Assembly: GCA_039208735.1 (NCBI GenBank)
Contig: JBCCQY010000040.1
Location: 1 to 64,000, forward strand
Direction of reading: 5' to 3'
From: Myxococcota bacterium
Lineage (GTDB): Bacteria; Myxococcota_A; UBA796; GCA-2862545
Length of the DNA stretch: 64,000 nt
The notes under the pieces are model-generated. The model saw only the letters and a program-made list of their open reading frames with translations, ran no database searches and was not told where the DNA came from. Positions 1-9,341 of the stretch are shown here, piece after piece; positions within the stretch are counted from its first letter, which is position 1; every line of letters starts with the position of its first letter. Both the position numbers and the translations under genes were made by a program.

Positions 1-221
1 ATCAGCAGCTCCATCAGGTTGTCATTGGCCGGCGCACAAGTGGATTGCACGAGGTAGACGTCGCGGCCGCGCACGTTCGAGCGCAGTTCGACACGAACCT
101 CGTTGTCGGAGAACCGACCCACCATTGCTTCGGCGAGCGTCTGGCCAAGTCGATGTCCGATTTTCTTGGCCACCTCGGGGTTCGCGTTGCCCGAGAACAA
201 GACCATTTCACCGTACATCAT
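1..221 (-). CDS. prs: Ribose-phosphate pyrophosphokinase, N-terminal part (runs off the window)
   Basis: Manual translation MMYGEMVLFSGNANPEVAKKIGHRLG...GRFSDNEVRVELRSNVRGRDVYLVQSTCAPANDNLMELL is a typical Prs N-terminus. It is not in the ORF track. Confidence 0.95.
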   Translation of the reverse strand, partial: MMYGEMVLFSGNANPEVAKKIGHRLGQTLAEAMVGRFSDNEVRVELRSNVRGRDVYLVQSTCAPANDNLMELL

Positions 222-261
222 CGTTCGGACCGGACCTTTTCACTACTGGACCAATTCGGAG

Positions 262-334
262 CTGGGGCGGCAGGACTCGAACCTGCGAATACCGATGCCA
301 AAAACCGGTGCCTTACCAACTTGGCGACGCCCCA
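262..334 (-). tRNA. tRNA-Gln(TTG), CCA not encoded
   Basis: Reverse complement TGGGGCGTCGCCAAGTTGGTAAGGCACCGGTTTTTGGCATCGGTATTCGCAGGTTCGAGTCCTGCCGCCCCAG folds as a cloverleaf with GTTCGA T-loop and anticodon TTG. Its position upstream of prs is conventional. Confidence 0.96.
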
Positions 335-372
335 AGAGTCCCGACACGTTTAACGATCCAGGTCGCGGGGCG

Positions 373-1539
373 CTACATCGGTGCACGCAGCTTGGTGACT
401 GCCCGGTGGAGCCCATCGACCGTGAGCGGGTGCATGTCGAAGACCTGCCCGATCGCTCGTACGGTGGGGTGATCCCAGTATCGCTGGGGATCGGGGTTGA
501 GCCACACCGAACCGGGACACCGAGAACGCAATCGGCGAAGCCAGTCGAGACCGGTCAACTTCGCCTCGGTCCCCGGCCACGCGAACACGTTGAAGAGTTC
601 GTAGGGAGCCATGGATGCGTCACCCACGAACAGCAATCGATGCTGTGGGGTCAGGTCCCGCAAGACCTCTTCCGTGCGCACCCGGTCGAGCTGCTCGAAG
701 TCCCGGTACAGCCAGCCATACACACAATTGTGAAAATAGTACGAGGTGAAGGTCTTGAACGTCTTGGTGCGGTCTGCGGCCGAGAACAGGCGGCTGACCT
801 GTTCAAAGTGCGGGGTCATGGAGCCCCCGGCGTCCATCAACAGCACCACATGCACCTGGTTCTGCCGTTCCCGCTGCTCGACGATCGAGATATCGCCTGC
901 GTTGTCGCAGGTGCGCCGAATGGTCCCCTGAAGATCCAGCTCATAGCGGCCTTCCCGGACCAGCTTACGCAACGCGCGGAGCGCTACTTCGAAGTCCCGC
1001 ACCTCGATCGTCCGGTCGGTGCGGTAGTTCTCCCAGCGACGCTCAAGGGCTAGCTGCATCGCGGAGCGACCCCCGCCACGCGTGCCTCCGCCCTCTTGGG
1101 GCTCGCCAATCCTAACCCCTCGCTCCGCCCGACCCGAACGACCAAACGGTGAGGTCCCGCCCGTTCCGACCCAGCGGTCGCCGCCGTGATGTTCCTCGTT
1201 CTGCTCGGCGAGTCGCTTGAGCAACTCGGCGAGCATGTCGTCATCCGAGATGTCGGGGTCGACCGACTCCCCCTCGGCCTCTTGAGCCTTGGCGAGCCAC
1301 TCTTCGAGCTGCTTTCGGAAGTCGTCCGGGAGCTTCGCCCCTTCAAACGAACGCGCAAAGGCGACGTCGTAGCCATCGAAGTCAGCTTCGGCACGACAAA
1401 GCAGTGCACGACCGATGCGGTATAGCGCCTCGGGCGAGGTTGCGATCCCCTTGGTGAGTGCAGACAGGAAGGCTCGCCACTCCCCGAGACCGACCAAGAC
1501 GCCTTGGCTGCGCAACTCATACAGGAATGCTGTAAACAT
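373..1539 (-). CDS. VWA-domain (CoxE-like/COG3825-type) partner of MoxR ATPase
   Basis: HHGGDRWVGTGGTSPFG segment, LLMDAGGSM MIDAS-like motif, YFHNCVY, FVGDASMAPYEL and WLNP. Lies in an operon with the MoxR gene. Confidence 0.85.
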   Translation of the reverse strand: MFTAFLYELRSQGVLVGLGEWRAFLSALTKGIATSPEALYRIGRALLCRAEADFDGYDVAFARSFEGAKLPDDFRKQLEEWLAKAQEAEGESVDPDISDDDMLAELLKRLAEQNEEHHGGDRWVGTGGTSPFGRSGRAERGVRIGEPQEGGGTRGGGRSAMQLALERRWENYRTDRTIEVRDFEVALRALRKLVREGRYELDLQGTIRRTCDNAGDISIVEQRERQNQVHVVLLMDAGGSMTPHFEQVSRLFSAADRTKTFKTFTSYYFHNCVYGWLYRDFEQLDRVRTEEVLRDLTPQHRLLFVGDASMAPYELFNVFAWPGTEAKLTGLDWLRRLRSRCPGSVWLNPDPQRYWDHPTVRAIGQVFDMHPLTVDGLHRAVTKLRAPM

Positions 1540-1542
1540 GGT

Positions 1543-2079
1543 TCAGCCTCCGCAATCGTCGGTCGCCCACCGTTGCATCAAGGTGGGATCGACGCCGTAG
1601 GGACTCGGACGGTGTGCCTTGGCCATCTCGCCACGAGCCCAAAGGCGAACATCGACCTGCTCGGTGCGCAGGGTCCATTCAGGGAGCGTGTGGCGAGCGG
1701 CGTTGCGCAAGCCAAAACACGGCACCTCACGGCCTGTAAGCGCGCCAGAGGCATCGTACTCGGGCATGAAGCAAACCCGAACCTGGGCAAACCGCGTCGC
1801 GAGCCGGTGCTGGGCCTTCGCAACCTTGGCCAGGTCGGCCGAAGGCCCTGGGTCGACCAAGGCCTGTCTGAGCATGGCCTCGAATCCCTGCCGGGTGAGC
1901 CACACGCCGGTGAGATGGGTCGGCTTTTGGCCCTGTTCGGCCAGGGCTTGCAGTAAGGTCTGCGCGCAACTGTGGAGCCGAATCACGCGTTGGGATGGCG
2001 TCGGAGCCCTCCACACCAGCACCGAGTGCGCATCATGGGCCAGCGGAAAGTGGATGAAGCGCTCAGGCAGTGGATTCAT
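1543..2079 (-). CDS. Hypothetical protein (178 aa) between MoxR and VWA genes
   Basis: ATG at 2079 overlaps the MoxR stop (ATGA) and the stop lies 3 bp before the VWA start. No motif recognised. Confidence 0.65.
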   Translation of the reverse strand: MNPLPERFIHFPLAHDAHSVLVWRAPTPSQRVIRLHSCAQTLLQALAEQGQKPTHLTGVWLTRQGFEAMLRQALVDPGPSADLAKVAKAQHRLATRFAQVRVCFMPEYDASGALTGREVPCFGLRNAARHTLPEWTLRTEQVDVRLWARGEMAKAHRPSPYGVDPTLMQRWATDDCGG

Positions 2080-2888
2080 CGACGCGTCTTCCGGGAACGA
2101 AGGTCCGCTTCCTGCTTCAAGAGAACTCCGAGGAATGGATCTTCGCTCGAAACCCGTTCGGGGTCGAGCCCGGCGTGCACCAAAACCGCGAGCCAATCAA
2201 TGAGTTCAGAGGTTGAAGGCGGTTTGCGAAGCGAAGTCGTCTTCCGGAAGGCGAAAAACCGGTCAAGCGCGGCGTCGAGCAGCTGCTGGTCGAGCTGTGG
2301 GTGGTGAACCCGCACGATCGCTTCCATTTGGGCACGTTCGGGAAACTCGATGTAGTGGAACACGCATCGACGAAGAAACGCGTCGGGCAGTTCCTTTTCA
2401 GCGTTGCTCGTAATGATCGTCACGGGTCGGTGCTTCGCCTTCACCGTCTCGTCGAGTTCGGGGACGAAGAAGGCCATCTCATCAAGCTCGCGCAACAAGT
2501 CGTTGGGGAACTCAATGTCCGCTTTATCGACCTCGTCGATCAACATGACGACCGGTTCATCCGCGGCAAATGCCTGACCTAGGGGACCGAGTCGAATGTA
2601 GTTGCGAATGTTGGAGACATCTTTGTCCCCGAACCGGCTGTCGTTGAGCCGCTGAACCACGTCATACTGGTACAACCCCTCCACCGCTCGAGTGGTCGAC
2701 TTGATGTGCCATGTGAAGATGGGCATGCCCAGTTTCTCGGCCACCGCATGCGCGAGAAGTGTCTTGCCGGTACCGGGCTCCCCCTTCACGAGGAGCGGGC
2801 GGCCCAAGGCAACCGCGGCGTTAACGACGTCGGTCAGGCCGTCGTCTGCGATGTAGGTTGCGGTCGAACCAAAGCCTTCGAGCGCCAT
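2076..2888 (-). CDS. MoxR-family AAA+ ATPase
   Basis: Walker A GEPGTGKT, Walker B MLIDEVDKAD, ITSNAEKELPDAFLRRC. GGAGG precedes ATG 2888. Confidence 0.93.
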   Translation of the reverse strand: MALEGFGSTATYIADDGLTDVVNAAVALGRPLLVKGEPGTGKTLLAHAVAEKLGMPIFTWHIKSTTRAVEGLYQYDVVQRLNDSRFGDKDVSNIRNYIRLGPLGQAFAADEPVVMLIDEVDKADIEFPNDLLRELDEMAFFVPELDETVKAKHRPVTIITSNAEKELPDAFLRRCVFHYIEFPERAQMEAIVRVHHPQLDQQLLDAALDRFFAFRKTTSLRKPPSTSELIDWLAVLVHAGLDPERVSSEDPFLGVLLKQEADLRSRKTRR

Positions 2889-3151
2889 GCAGGGCACCTC
2901 CTGCGGAGGCGTATCGTGCAAGACTGTGATTGGTCACACCGTTGACCGAGCGGGTTAGGCGTCACGTGCGACGCAGGGAACGGGTTCTTGCGACGCAAGC
3001 CCCCGCACGTGAACCGCGGAACGACGATGACGCCACGGCCCAAACGGAACTGGATTCCGACGATGGCGGGCCCACGCCGCGTCCCCAACGATCCGCGTCT
3101 CTCGGGGGTGAACCCTGGCGCGAGCCTCCGGCTCGCGGAGACAAATCTAAA

Positions 3152-5020
3152 TTGGAAAACAACCTCGCTGTCTTGATCGACTTCGAGAACATCGCTGCAG
3201 GCACCGAGAAAGAAGGCCTGGGGCGTTTCGACGTCGAAACCCTCATGCGCCACATCAAGGACAAAGGGCGCATCCTTGTGGCCCGGTCCTATGCAGACTG
3301 GGGCCGCTTCAGTCGATTCAAGCAGAGCCTGCTCACCGCCAATGTGACGATGATGGAACTCACGTCACACGGAATGCAGGACAAGAACCGCGCCGACATC
3401 GCGATGGTGGTCGACGCTCTCGAAATGGCCTTTACAAAAGACTATATCGACACCTATGTCGTGGTGAGCGGCGACTCCGACTTCACCCCCATGGTGTTGA
3501 AGATGCGCGAACTGAACAAGCGCGTCATCGGCATTGGAACCAGAAAGAGCACGTCTCGTCTCCTCATTCAGGCGTGTGACGAATTCAACTTCTACGACAC
3601 GGTTGTCCAGCCCAAGCAGCGGCGGGTTCGTAAGTCGAGCGGCAAGGGCGGCGACGCCATGTCGAAGGCCTTCGACCTGCTTGAAGAAGCGCTGGATGGT
3701 CTTCAACGCGAAAACCCCGAGTCCCCTCTCGCGAGCATCGTGAAGAGTGCGATGTTGCGGAAAAGCCCTGATTTCGCCGAAGGCGATTTGGGCTTCTCGT
3801 CATTCGCTCGATTTCTGGAGGCCGCGCGGGACGCCAAAATCGTGCGGATCGGGCGGGATCGAAAGAGCGGTGGCTACCGCGTCGATTCAGCCGACAGCCC
3901 TGAAGACATCGACGAAGACGAGGTGATTCAGGAGGTCAAGGAGGCTTGGGAAGACCCCTACCTCCCCAAAGCCGCCAAGACCCACGTCGAAGCCCTTGAA
4001 CGCGCAGGTCTTCACCCCCTTGCTGCCCCCACGCGGCTCGCGGTCCTCGAAGCCCTGGAAGACGTCGTGGCCGCCCGAAAGAAGCGGCGCCGCAAGACCA
4101 CCATCAAATATGTGGTGGAAGACTTGCAGAAAAAGCTGCGTCGGACCCATCCCGACCTCCCTGGCGAACACATCAAGCAGCTGTTGAACGGCTTGATGTT
4201 GGCGGGGGAACTCATCCATCGCGACGGTACCTCGATCCGCACTCACACCGCGGCATTCACCCTCGCGAAGGACGCGCAGGCCCTCAACCAGGCGCTGTCT
4301 CGCCTATTGCTGCGCACGCTCAAGAAGGCGGAAGCCGATCTTTCAAAGACCGAGGCCCTCGCCGAATTGTTGTATGGCGATTCGGATCGGCGCCGCGAGG
4401 TCGAAGAAACGCTCGCATACATCGAAGCCGACAACACCGACCTCGACGAATTGTCGCTCGACAGCCTGATCGTGGCCGCGGACGACGACGATGATGACGA
4501 CGACGACGAGTTGACCGACGAAACGACGGACGAAGCGTTGTTCGAAGACCTCGACGATCTCGATGCCGCGCTGGTTGCGTCGGAGCCCGAGGCCGAAAGC
4601 GATCCGGCGGTCAACGGGGTTGGGCCTACAGCCTCGGCTGTCGACGCCGACAACACCCCGTCCGAAGCGCTCGAGCCTGCAGCCAAGCCACGCAAGCGCC
4701 CCGCCCGTCGCAAAACCACGCGCACGAAGGCTCCCGAAGCCGCCGAGGACCTTCCTGCCGAGCCAGGCGATGAAGCCATCTCCGAGATGGCCGAGGCCCC
4801 GGCAGACGAAGAGAAGGCTCCGGCACCCAAGAAGCGTCGGACCACGCGTCGGAAAAAGGAAGAGCCCGAACCTGCCGCCGCCGAAGAGGGGACGGACGAT
4901 GGGTCGGAGGAGCCCAAGAAGAAGCGGGTTCGTCGACGCCCCAAGAAGGGTGAGACCGAGGACATCGACGAGGATGCGATTCTCGAAGTGACGGAATCTG
5001 GCCAGGTCAACGAAACCTAA
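3152..5020 (+). CDS. NYN (LabA/DUF88, PIN-like) domain protein with OST-HTH/LOTUS-like domain and long acidic/basic low-complexity tail
   Basis: AVLIDFENI, KNRADIAMVVDA, VVSGDSDFTP, CDEFNFYD, then LGFSSFARFLE. Start is uncertain: the ORF is open from 2930, but TTG 3152 follows GGAG and sits at the domain start. Confidence 0.88.
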   Translation: MENNLAVLIDFENIAAGTEKEGLGRFDVETLMRHIKDKGRILVARSYADWGRFSRFKQSLLTANVTMMELTSHGMQDKNRADIAMVVDALEMAFTKDYIDTYVVVSGDSDFTPMVLKMRELNKRVIGIGTRKSTSRLLIQACDEFNFYDTVVQPKQRRVRKSSGKGGDAMSKAFDLLEEALDGLQRENPESPLASIVKSAMLRKSPDFAEGDLGFSSFARFLEAARDAKIVRIGRDRKSGGYRVDSADSPEDIDEDEVIQEVKEAWEDPYLPKAAKTHVEALERAGLHPLAAPTRLAVLEALEDVVAARKKRRRKTTIKYVVEDLQKKLRRTHPDLPGEHIKQLLNGLMLAGELIHRDGTSIRTHTAAFTLAKDAQALNQALSRLLLRTLKKAEADLSKTEALAELLYGDSDRRREVEETLAYIEADNTDLDELSLDSLIVAADDDDDDDDDELTDETTDEALFEDLDDLDAALVASEPEAESDPAVNGVGPTASAVDADNTPSEALEPAAKPRKRPARRKTTRTKAPEAAEDLPAEPGDEAISEMAEAPADEEKAPAPKKRRTTRRKKEEPEPAAAEEGTDDGSEEPKKKRVRRRPKKGETEDIDEDAILEVTESGQVNET

Positions 5021-6240
5021 GGTTCCTGTACGACTCCGCGGTTGACTTCGAGTTCGCCCAGCGCGCGCCCCTGTTCTGCGCGGGCCACGGCGAGGGCGAC
5101 AAGGGCCCGATCGCGGGTCCGTCGCGCTTCAAGGAGCGTGGTCAGGTCGGTCAAGCCTTGCTCGTAACGGGCCTCGACCAGCACGAGGGCCTCACGAGCG
5201 GCCAGTAGCGATTGTGTCGATGCATCGACAGAGGCTAAAGCAGCTTGGTACCTAGCTTCTGCCGCAACGCGGCCCGAATCGAGGAGCCGCTGTTGCTCAT
5301 CAAGAGCGACCTCGGCGGCTCCCCGCTCGGCGGTCGCCTGCTGCATCGCCGCGACAGTGGCCCCGCTGGCCATCAGCGGCACCTCCGCCCGAAGCCCCGC
5401 TGATAACGACAATCCACCTAGATCCAGTGCATTGTCTCCCACCTCGGCGGTACCCACCCCTTGGGAGGCTTCGGCCGTCCCGACGATCGTGGGGGCGAGT
5501 TGGGCCACACTTGCGCCGCGCGCGCGGCGAGCCGCCGTGAGGGCGGCCTCGGCGGACCGAATAGCGGGATGCACGACGTCACTCGTGACGGGTTCAGGCC
5601 AGGTTTCTGGAGCGTCGAGGTCACAGTGCCCATCGACCGTCACGCCCATTTGAGCCTGAAGGGCCGCACAGGTTGCCCCAATCTCGCCCTCAGCGGCGAC
5701 CCGTTCCGCAGTCAAGGAAGCTGCGAGTGCTTGCGCTTGAACCGCATCCGCACGCGGTCGCAGTCCGGCATCCGCGAGACTCCGAATCCCGTCCGACGCC
5801 TCGAGGGCATCCTCTTCGGCTTCGCGCAGCGCGGCTGCGACCTCGACCGCCGAAACGGCACTGGCGAATGCCACGGTTGCGTCGCGACGGGCCATGGCAC
5901 GCGTCCAGTCCAACAGTGCGGTCTCGCCCCGGACGGTGCTTCGCGCGGCTGCCGCCGCTCCCCAGCTTGAAGGGTCCACCAATCGCCACGAACCGGTGAT
6001 GCCACCCTGGAGCTGGCGGGACGTGAAGCGACCGATGAGGTTTGGACCTGACGCGGTCGTCGCCGCTGCGAACAAACGGACTTGAGGGAGGGTATTGGCC
6101 AAACTCGCCAGTCGTTCGCCTCGTGCCCGGTCGAGGGCGGCCTGCTGTCGTTGAACGCCAATGGCGCGTTGGGCTGAAGCCCGCCGAGCTTCCCCCAGAT
6201 CGATCCCGTAGGCCGACCCGATCAAGAACAGACCGATCAT
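5017..6240 (-). CDS. TolC-family outer-membrane efflux protein
   Basis: Ala-rich helical repeats, ARYEQGLTDLTTLLEA motif, signal-like N-terminus. ATGA overlap with the RND gene. Confidence 0.85.
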   Translation of the reverse strand: MIGLFLIGSAYGIDLGEARRASAQRAIGVQRQQAALDRARGERLASLANTLPQVRLFAAATTASGPNLIGRFTSRQLQGGITGSWRLVDPSSWGAAAAARSTVRGETALLDWTRAMARRDATVAFASAVSAVEVAAALREAEEDALEASDGIRSLADAGLRPRADAVQAQALAASLTAERVAAEGEIGATCAALQAQMGVTVDGHCDLDAPETWPEPVTSDVVHPAIRSAEAALTAARRARGASVAQLAPTIVGTAEASQGVGTAEVGDNALDLGGLSLSAGLRAEVPLMASGATVAAMQQATAERGAAEVALDEQQRLLDSGRVAAEARYQAALASVDASTQSLLAAREALVLVEARYEQGLTDLTTLLEARRTRDRALVALAVARAEQGRALGELEVNRGVVQEP

Positions 6241-9200
6241 GCGCGCCTCGCAAGCCGCCACGTCAGGGCGAAGGCCGCGGGAATCACCACCAAGGTGAGC
6301 CCAGTAGCAAGCGACAATCCCCCAAGCACGACCGCGCCAACACCTCGGTAGAGTTCAGACCCCGAACCGGGAAACAGCACCAGCGGCAAGAGGCCCGCCA
6401 ACGAGGTCAATGCGCTCATGAAAATGGGTCGCACGCGTCGTTCAACGGCCGAGCGCACGGCCTCCTCGAGGGGCAGGCCTTGCCTCAATCTCACCAGAGC
6501 GCCATCCACGACAAGAATGGCGTTGTTGACGACGACTCCGATCAGCAACACGAACCCCACCGCCGTCATCATGTCGAGGGGCTGGGGGCCCAACAACGCA
6601 TCGACCGTACGCAACCCAACCAGACCGCCCGCGGCGGCCATTGGCACCGTGAACAAGATCACCAAGGGAGCCAGGAAATCCTCGAACAAGGCGGCCATAA
6701 GCAAAAAGCTGATCACCACAGCGAGCAACAACACCTCAGCAAAGCGCGCCTGGGCGATTTCGAGGTCATCGGCCGTCCCCGCCAACGTCACCCGTAAATC
6801 CGGAGGGAGGTCTTGGGAAGGCAGCACGTCCTCCCGAATGCGTCGCATGGCCTCCTCGAGCGCAATGTCGTCGGGAGGGCTCACCTGAAGGGTGATCGCG
6901 CGGCGTCGTTCGATGCGCTGGATGGTGGTGGGTCCGAGGGTCTCCCCCACGTCGGCGACCGACTGGATGGGCGTCGTGGTGCCCCCGGGGGTTGCAATGG
7001 GGGTGGCTCGCAGGGCTGCGGGATCTGCAGCCCCGCCATCGGCCGCGCGAAGCACCACGTTGAGGTTGGGTCGCCCTCCTCGCCCCAGTTCGCCGATGAT
7101 TCGCCCATCGACCACCACGTCCACCAAGGCACCGATCGACGCACCGGAAAGCCCTAGGCGAGCCGCATCCTCGCGGCGCGGCGCGACCTGCACTTCGGGT
7201 GCCCCAAGGTCGAGACCGGGAATGGGCCTGATTTGAGCTCCCGGCAGCGCCTCGGAGAGGACGGGCATCAATCGGCCCCCCACCCCGACCAGCACCCCCA
7301 TGTCGCTGCCTCCCAGTTCGAGATTCACGGCTCGGCTAGACGCCAACCCTCGTCCAAACAGGCTCGCTTGGTTGGCCACCCCAAACATCCCGGGCACGGT
7401 GGCCTGTTGCCGGCGGTAGTGGCCCACGAGGTCGCCAATTCGCGACGGACTCCGGGCGGAGGCCCCCATGAACACTTGGCCGGTCCGCGCCACGAAGAAG
7501 CTTCGTCCAACCGCGGGAACCCCGTCGAGTTCGGGCGTGTCGGGCGCCAGCTCGGCGTAAGGCTGCAAATCGTCCTGGAAGGATTGGCCCACATCGACCA
7601 ACTCGTCGACCGAAGTGCCGGGCGGAGGCACCAGCACACCGAACAGCAGGTTGCGATTGCCCGAGGGCAGGTACTCCATCGCGGGCAGGAGCACCGCAGT
7701 CAGCAGAACCATCGCGGCAAACACGCCACCCACGAGCCCCGCAGCTCGCGTCATGGAAGCCGTCGTCCAATCGGCGATCGCGCCGATGCGATGAGCAAGG
7801 GGGCTACTAGCCTCCCCTGGAGAGCCGGATGGTGCCGTGTCGCCTCGACGATCGGGTAGCACCTGGGCGGCAAAGCTCGGAATGACGAGGACGCTGACCA
7901 CCAACGACAACAAAACGGCGCATGACACCGCCACCGCCACGTCGCGGAGCAGTTCTCCCACCTCGTCTTCCCAGGCAGCGATGGGCAGGAACACCGCCAC
8001 GGTGGTGAGGGTGGACGCAACGAGCGCGCCCCAGACTTCTCGGGTGCCTTCGTAGGCCGCATGGGCCGCGGAGTCGCCTCCACCGCGCTTTCGCCACACG
8101 TCGATCGACTCCATCACCACGATCGCGTTGTCGACGACCATCCCAACCGCAAACGCCATGCCGGCCAACGAAACCACGTTCACGGTTCGACCGAGAAGCG
8201 ACATACCAAGTGCTGTTCCGATGATGCAAACCGGAATCGCAATGGCCACGACGGCAGAGGACCGTACGCTCCGCAGGAACACCAACAGGACGCCCACGGC
8301 GAGGGCTCCGCCGAGAAGCAGGTTTTGGCGCACGAGGCCCAGCGCCGCATTGATGTAGCCACTCTGATCGCTCACCACCGAAAGGGTCAGGCCCTGGGAA
8401 GCCAAGCGCTCTTCTTGCAGCCTCGCGACGGTGGCCAGGATTTCTTCGGTGACCTCGAGTACGTTCGAGCCCGCTTCACGGCGAAAGAGCAGCGCGAGCG
8501 CTTCTTGGTCGTTGCCAAACACCTTGGCGGTGCGCTTTCGAAGTCCTTCTTCAACCGATGCAAGGTCACCGAGCCGAATGGGTTGTCCATCCGGCCCTTG
8601 ACCGAGGACGACGGTCTCGAGTTCGTCGAGTCGTTCGGGAGCGACCGCCGTGCGAACCACGTACTGGCGTTTCCCAAGCGTGAGGTCGCCCCCCGAAGCG
8701 TCGGTGAGTTCGGCTCGGATGGCCTCGATCACGCGGTCTACGGGGATCTGGCGTGCGGCAAGCCCGGCTAGGTCGATGTTGACGTGCACTTCGGTGTCTT
8801 GGCCACCGAAAAAGTCGATCTTGGCCACACCAGGAATGCGCTCGAGCGTGGGCAGGATCTCTTCCTCGAACCACGTCCGATACCCCCCGACGTCTCGCCC
8901 ATCGTCGGCCTTGAGCAAGACGACAGCCAAGGGCGGACCTGTATTGTTGCCCGTCGACACCACGGGTTGCTCGGCACTTTCGGGGTAGCGCGGCACCTGC
9001 GAAAGCTTGTTTGTCACGCGAACGAGGGCGTCGGCAAGATCGGCCCCCACTCGCAACTCGAGCGTGATGGTGCCGCGATCCTGACGCGCCTCGCTCGACA
9101 TGCTCTCGAGCCCCTCGAGCGACTTGAGGACGTCTTCTTGAGGAACCAAGATCTCGCGCTCAATCTCCGCCGGGGCTGCGCCTGGCCACGTGGTCTCGAC

Positions 9201-9341
9201 GGTAAGCGACGGCACCTCGATGTCGGGCGTAAGCTGGATGGGAATCCCCACGACCGAAAGGGCGCCGAACAAGCACAACAATAAAACGCCGACGAGCACG
9301 CCGACCGGCCGTTGAATGGCCAATCCAATGGGGCCGTTCAC
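6237..9341 (-). CDS. RND efflux permease (AcrB/MdtB-like)
   Basis: 1034 aa. AIQRPV start, WPGAAPAEIEREI, GMVVDNAIVVME, GVVVNNAILVVD, RVRPIFMS. Confidence 0.95.
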   Translation of the reverse strand: MNGPIGLAIQRPVGVLVGVLLLCLFGALSVVGIPIQLTPDIEVPSLTVETTWPGAAPAEIEREILVPQEDVLKSLEGLESMSSEARQDRGTITLELRVGADLADALVRVTNKLSQVPRYPESAEQPVVSTGNNTGPPLAVVLLKADDGRDVGGYRTWFEEEILPTLERIPGVAKIDFFGGQDTEVHVNIDLAGLAARQIPVDRVIEAIRAELTDASGGDLTLGKRQYVVRTAVAPERLDELETVVLGQGPDGQPIRLGDLASVEEGLRKRTAKVFGNDQEALALLFRREAGSNVLEVTEEILATVARLQEERLASQGLTLSVVSDQSGYINAALGLVRQNLLLGGALAVGVLLVFLRSVRSSAVVAIAIPVCIIGTALGMSLLGRTVNVVSLAGMAFAVGMVVDNAIVVMESIDVWRKRGGGDSAAHAAYEGTREVWGALVASTLTTVAVFLPIAAWEDEVGELLRDVAVAVSCAVLLSLVVSVLVIPSFAAQVLPDRRGDTAPSGSPGEASSPLAHRIGAIADWTTASMTRAAGLVGGVFAAMVLLTAVLLPAMEYLPSGNRNLLFGVLVPPPGTSVDELVDVGQSFQDDLQPYAELAPDTPELDGVPAVGRSFFVARTGQVFMGASARSPSRIGDLVGHYRRQQATVPGMFGVANQASLFGRGLASSRAVNLELGGSDMGVLVGVGGRLMPVLSEALPGAQIRPIPGLDLGAPEVQVAPRREDAARLGLSGASIGALVDVVVDGRIIGELGRGGRPNLNVVLRAADGGAADPAALRATPIATPGGTTTPIQSVADVGETLGPTTIQRIERRRAITLQVSPPDDIALEEAMRRIREDVLPSQDLPPDLRVTLAGTADDLEIAQARFAEVLLLAVVISFLLMAALFEDFLAPLVILFTVPMAAAGGLVGLRTVDALLGPQPLDMMTAVGFVLLIGVVVNNAILVVDGALVRLRQGLPLEEAVRSAVERRVRPIFMSALTSLAGLLPLVLFPGSGSELYRGVGAVVLGGLSLATGLTLVVIPAAFALTWRLARRA

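Noticed and set aside
103..1053. 316-aa plus-strand ORF
   Set aside because: Antisense shadow over prs, tRNA-Gln and the VWA gene, with no motifs.
4481..4510. GAC/GAT trinucleotide run as a contingency repeat
   Set aside because: In-frame mixed Asp codons encoding an acidic tract, so it cannot cause phase variation by frameshift.
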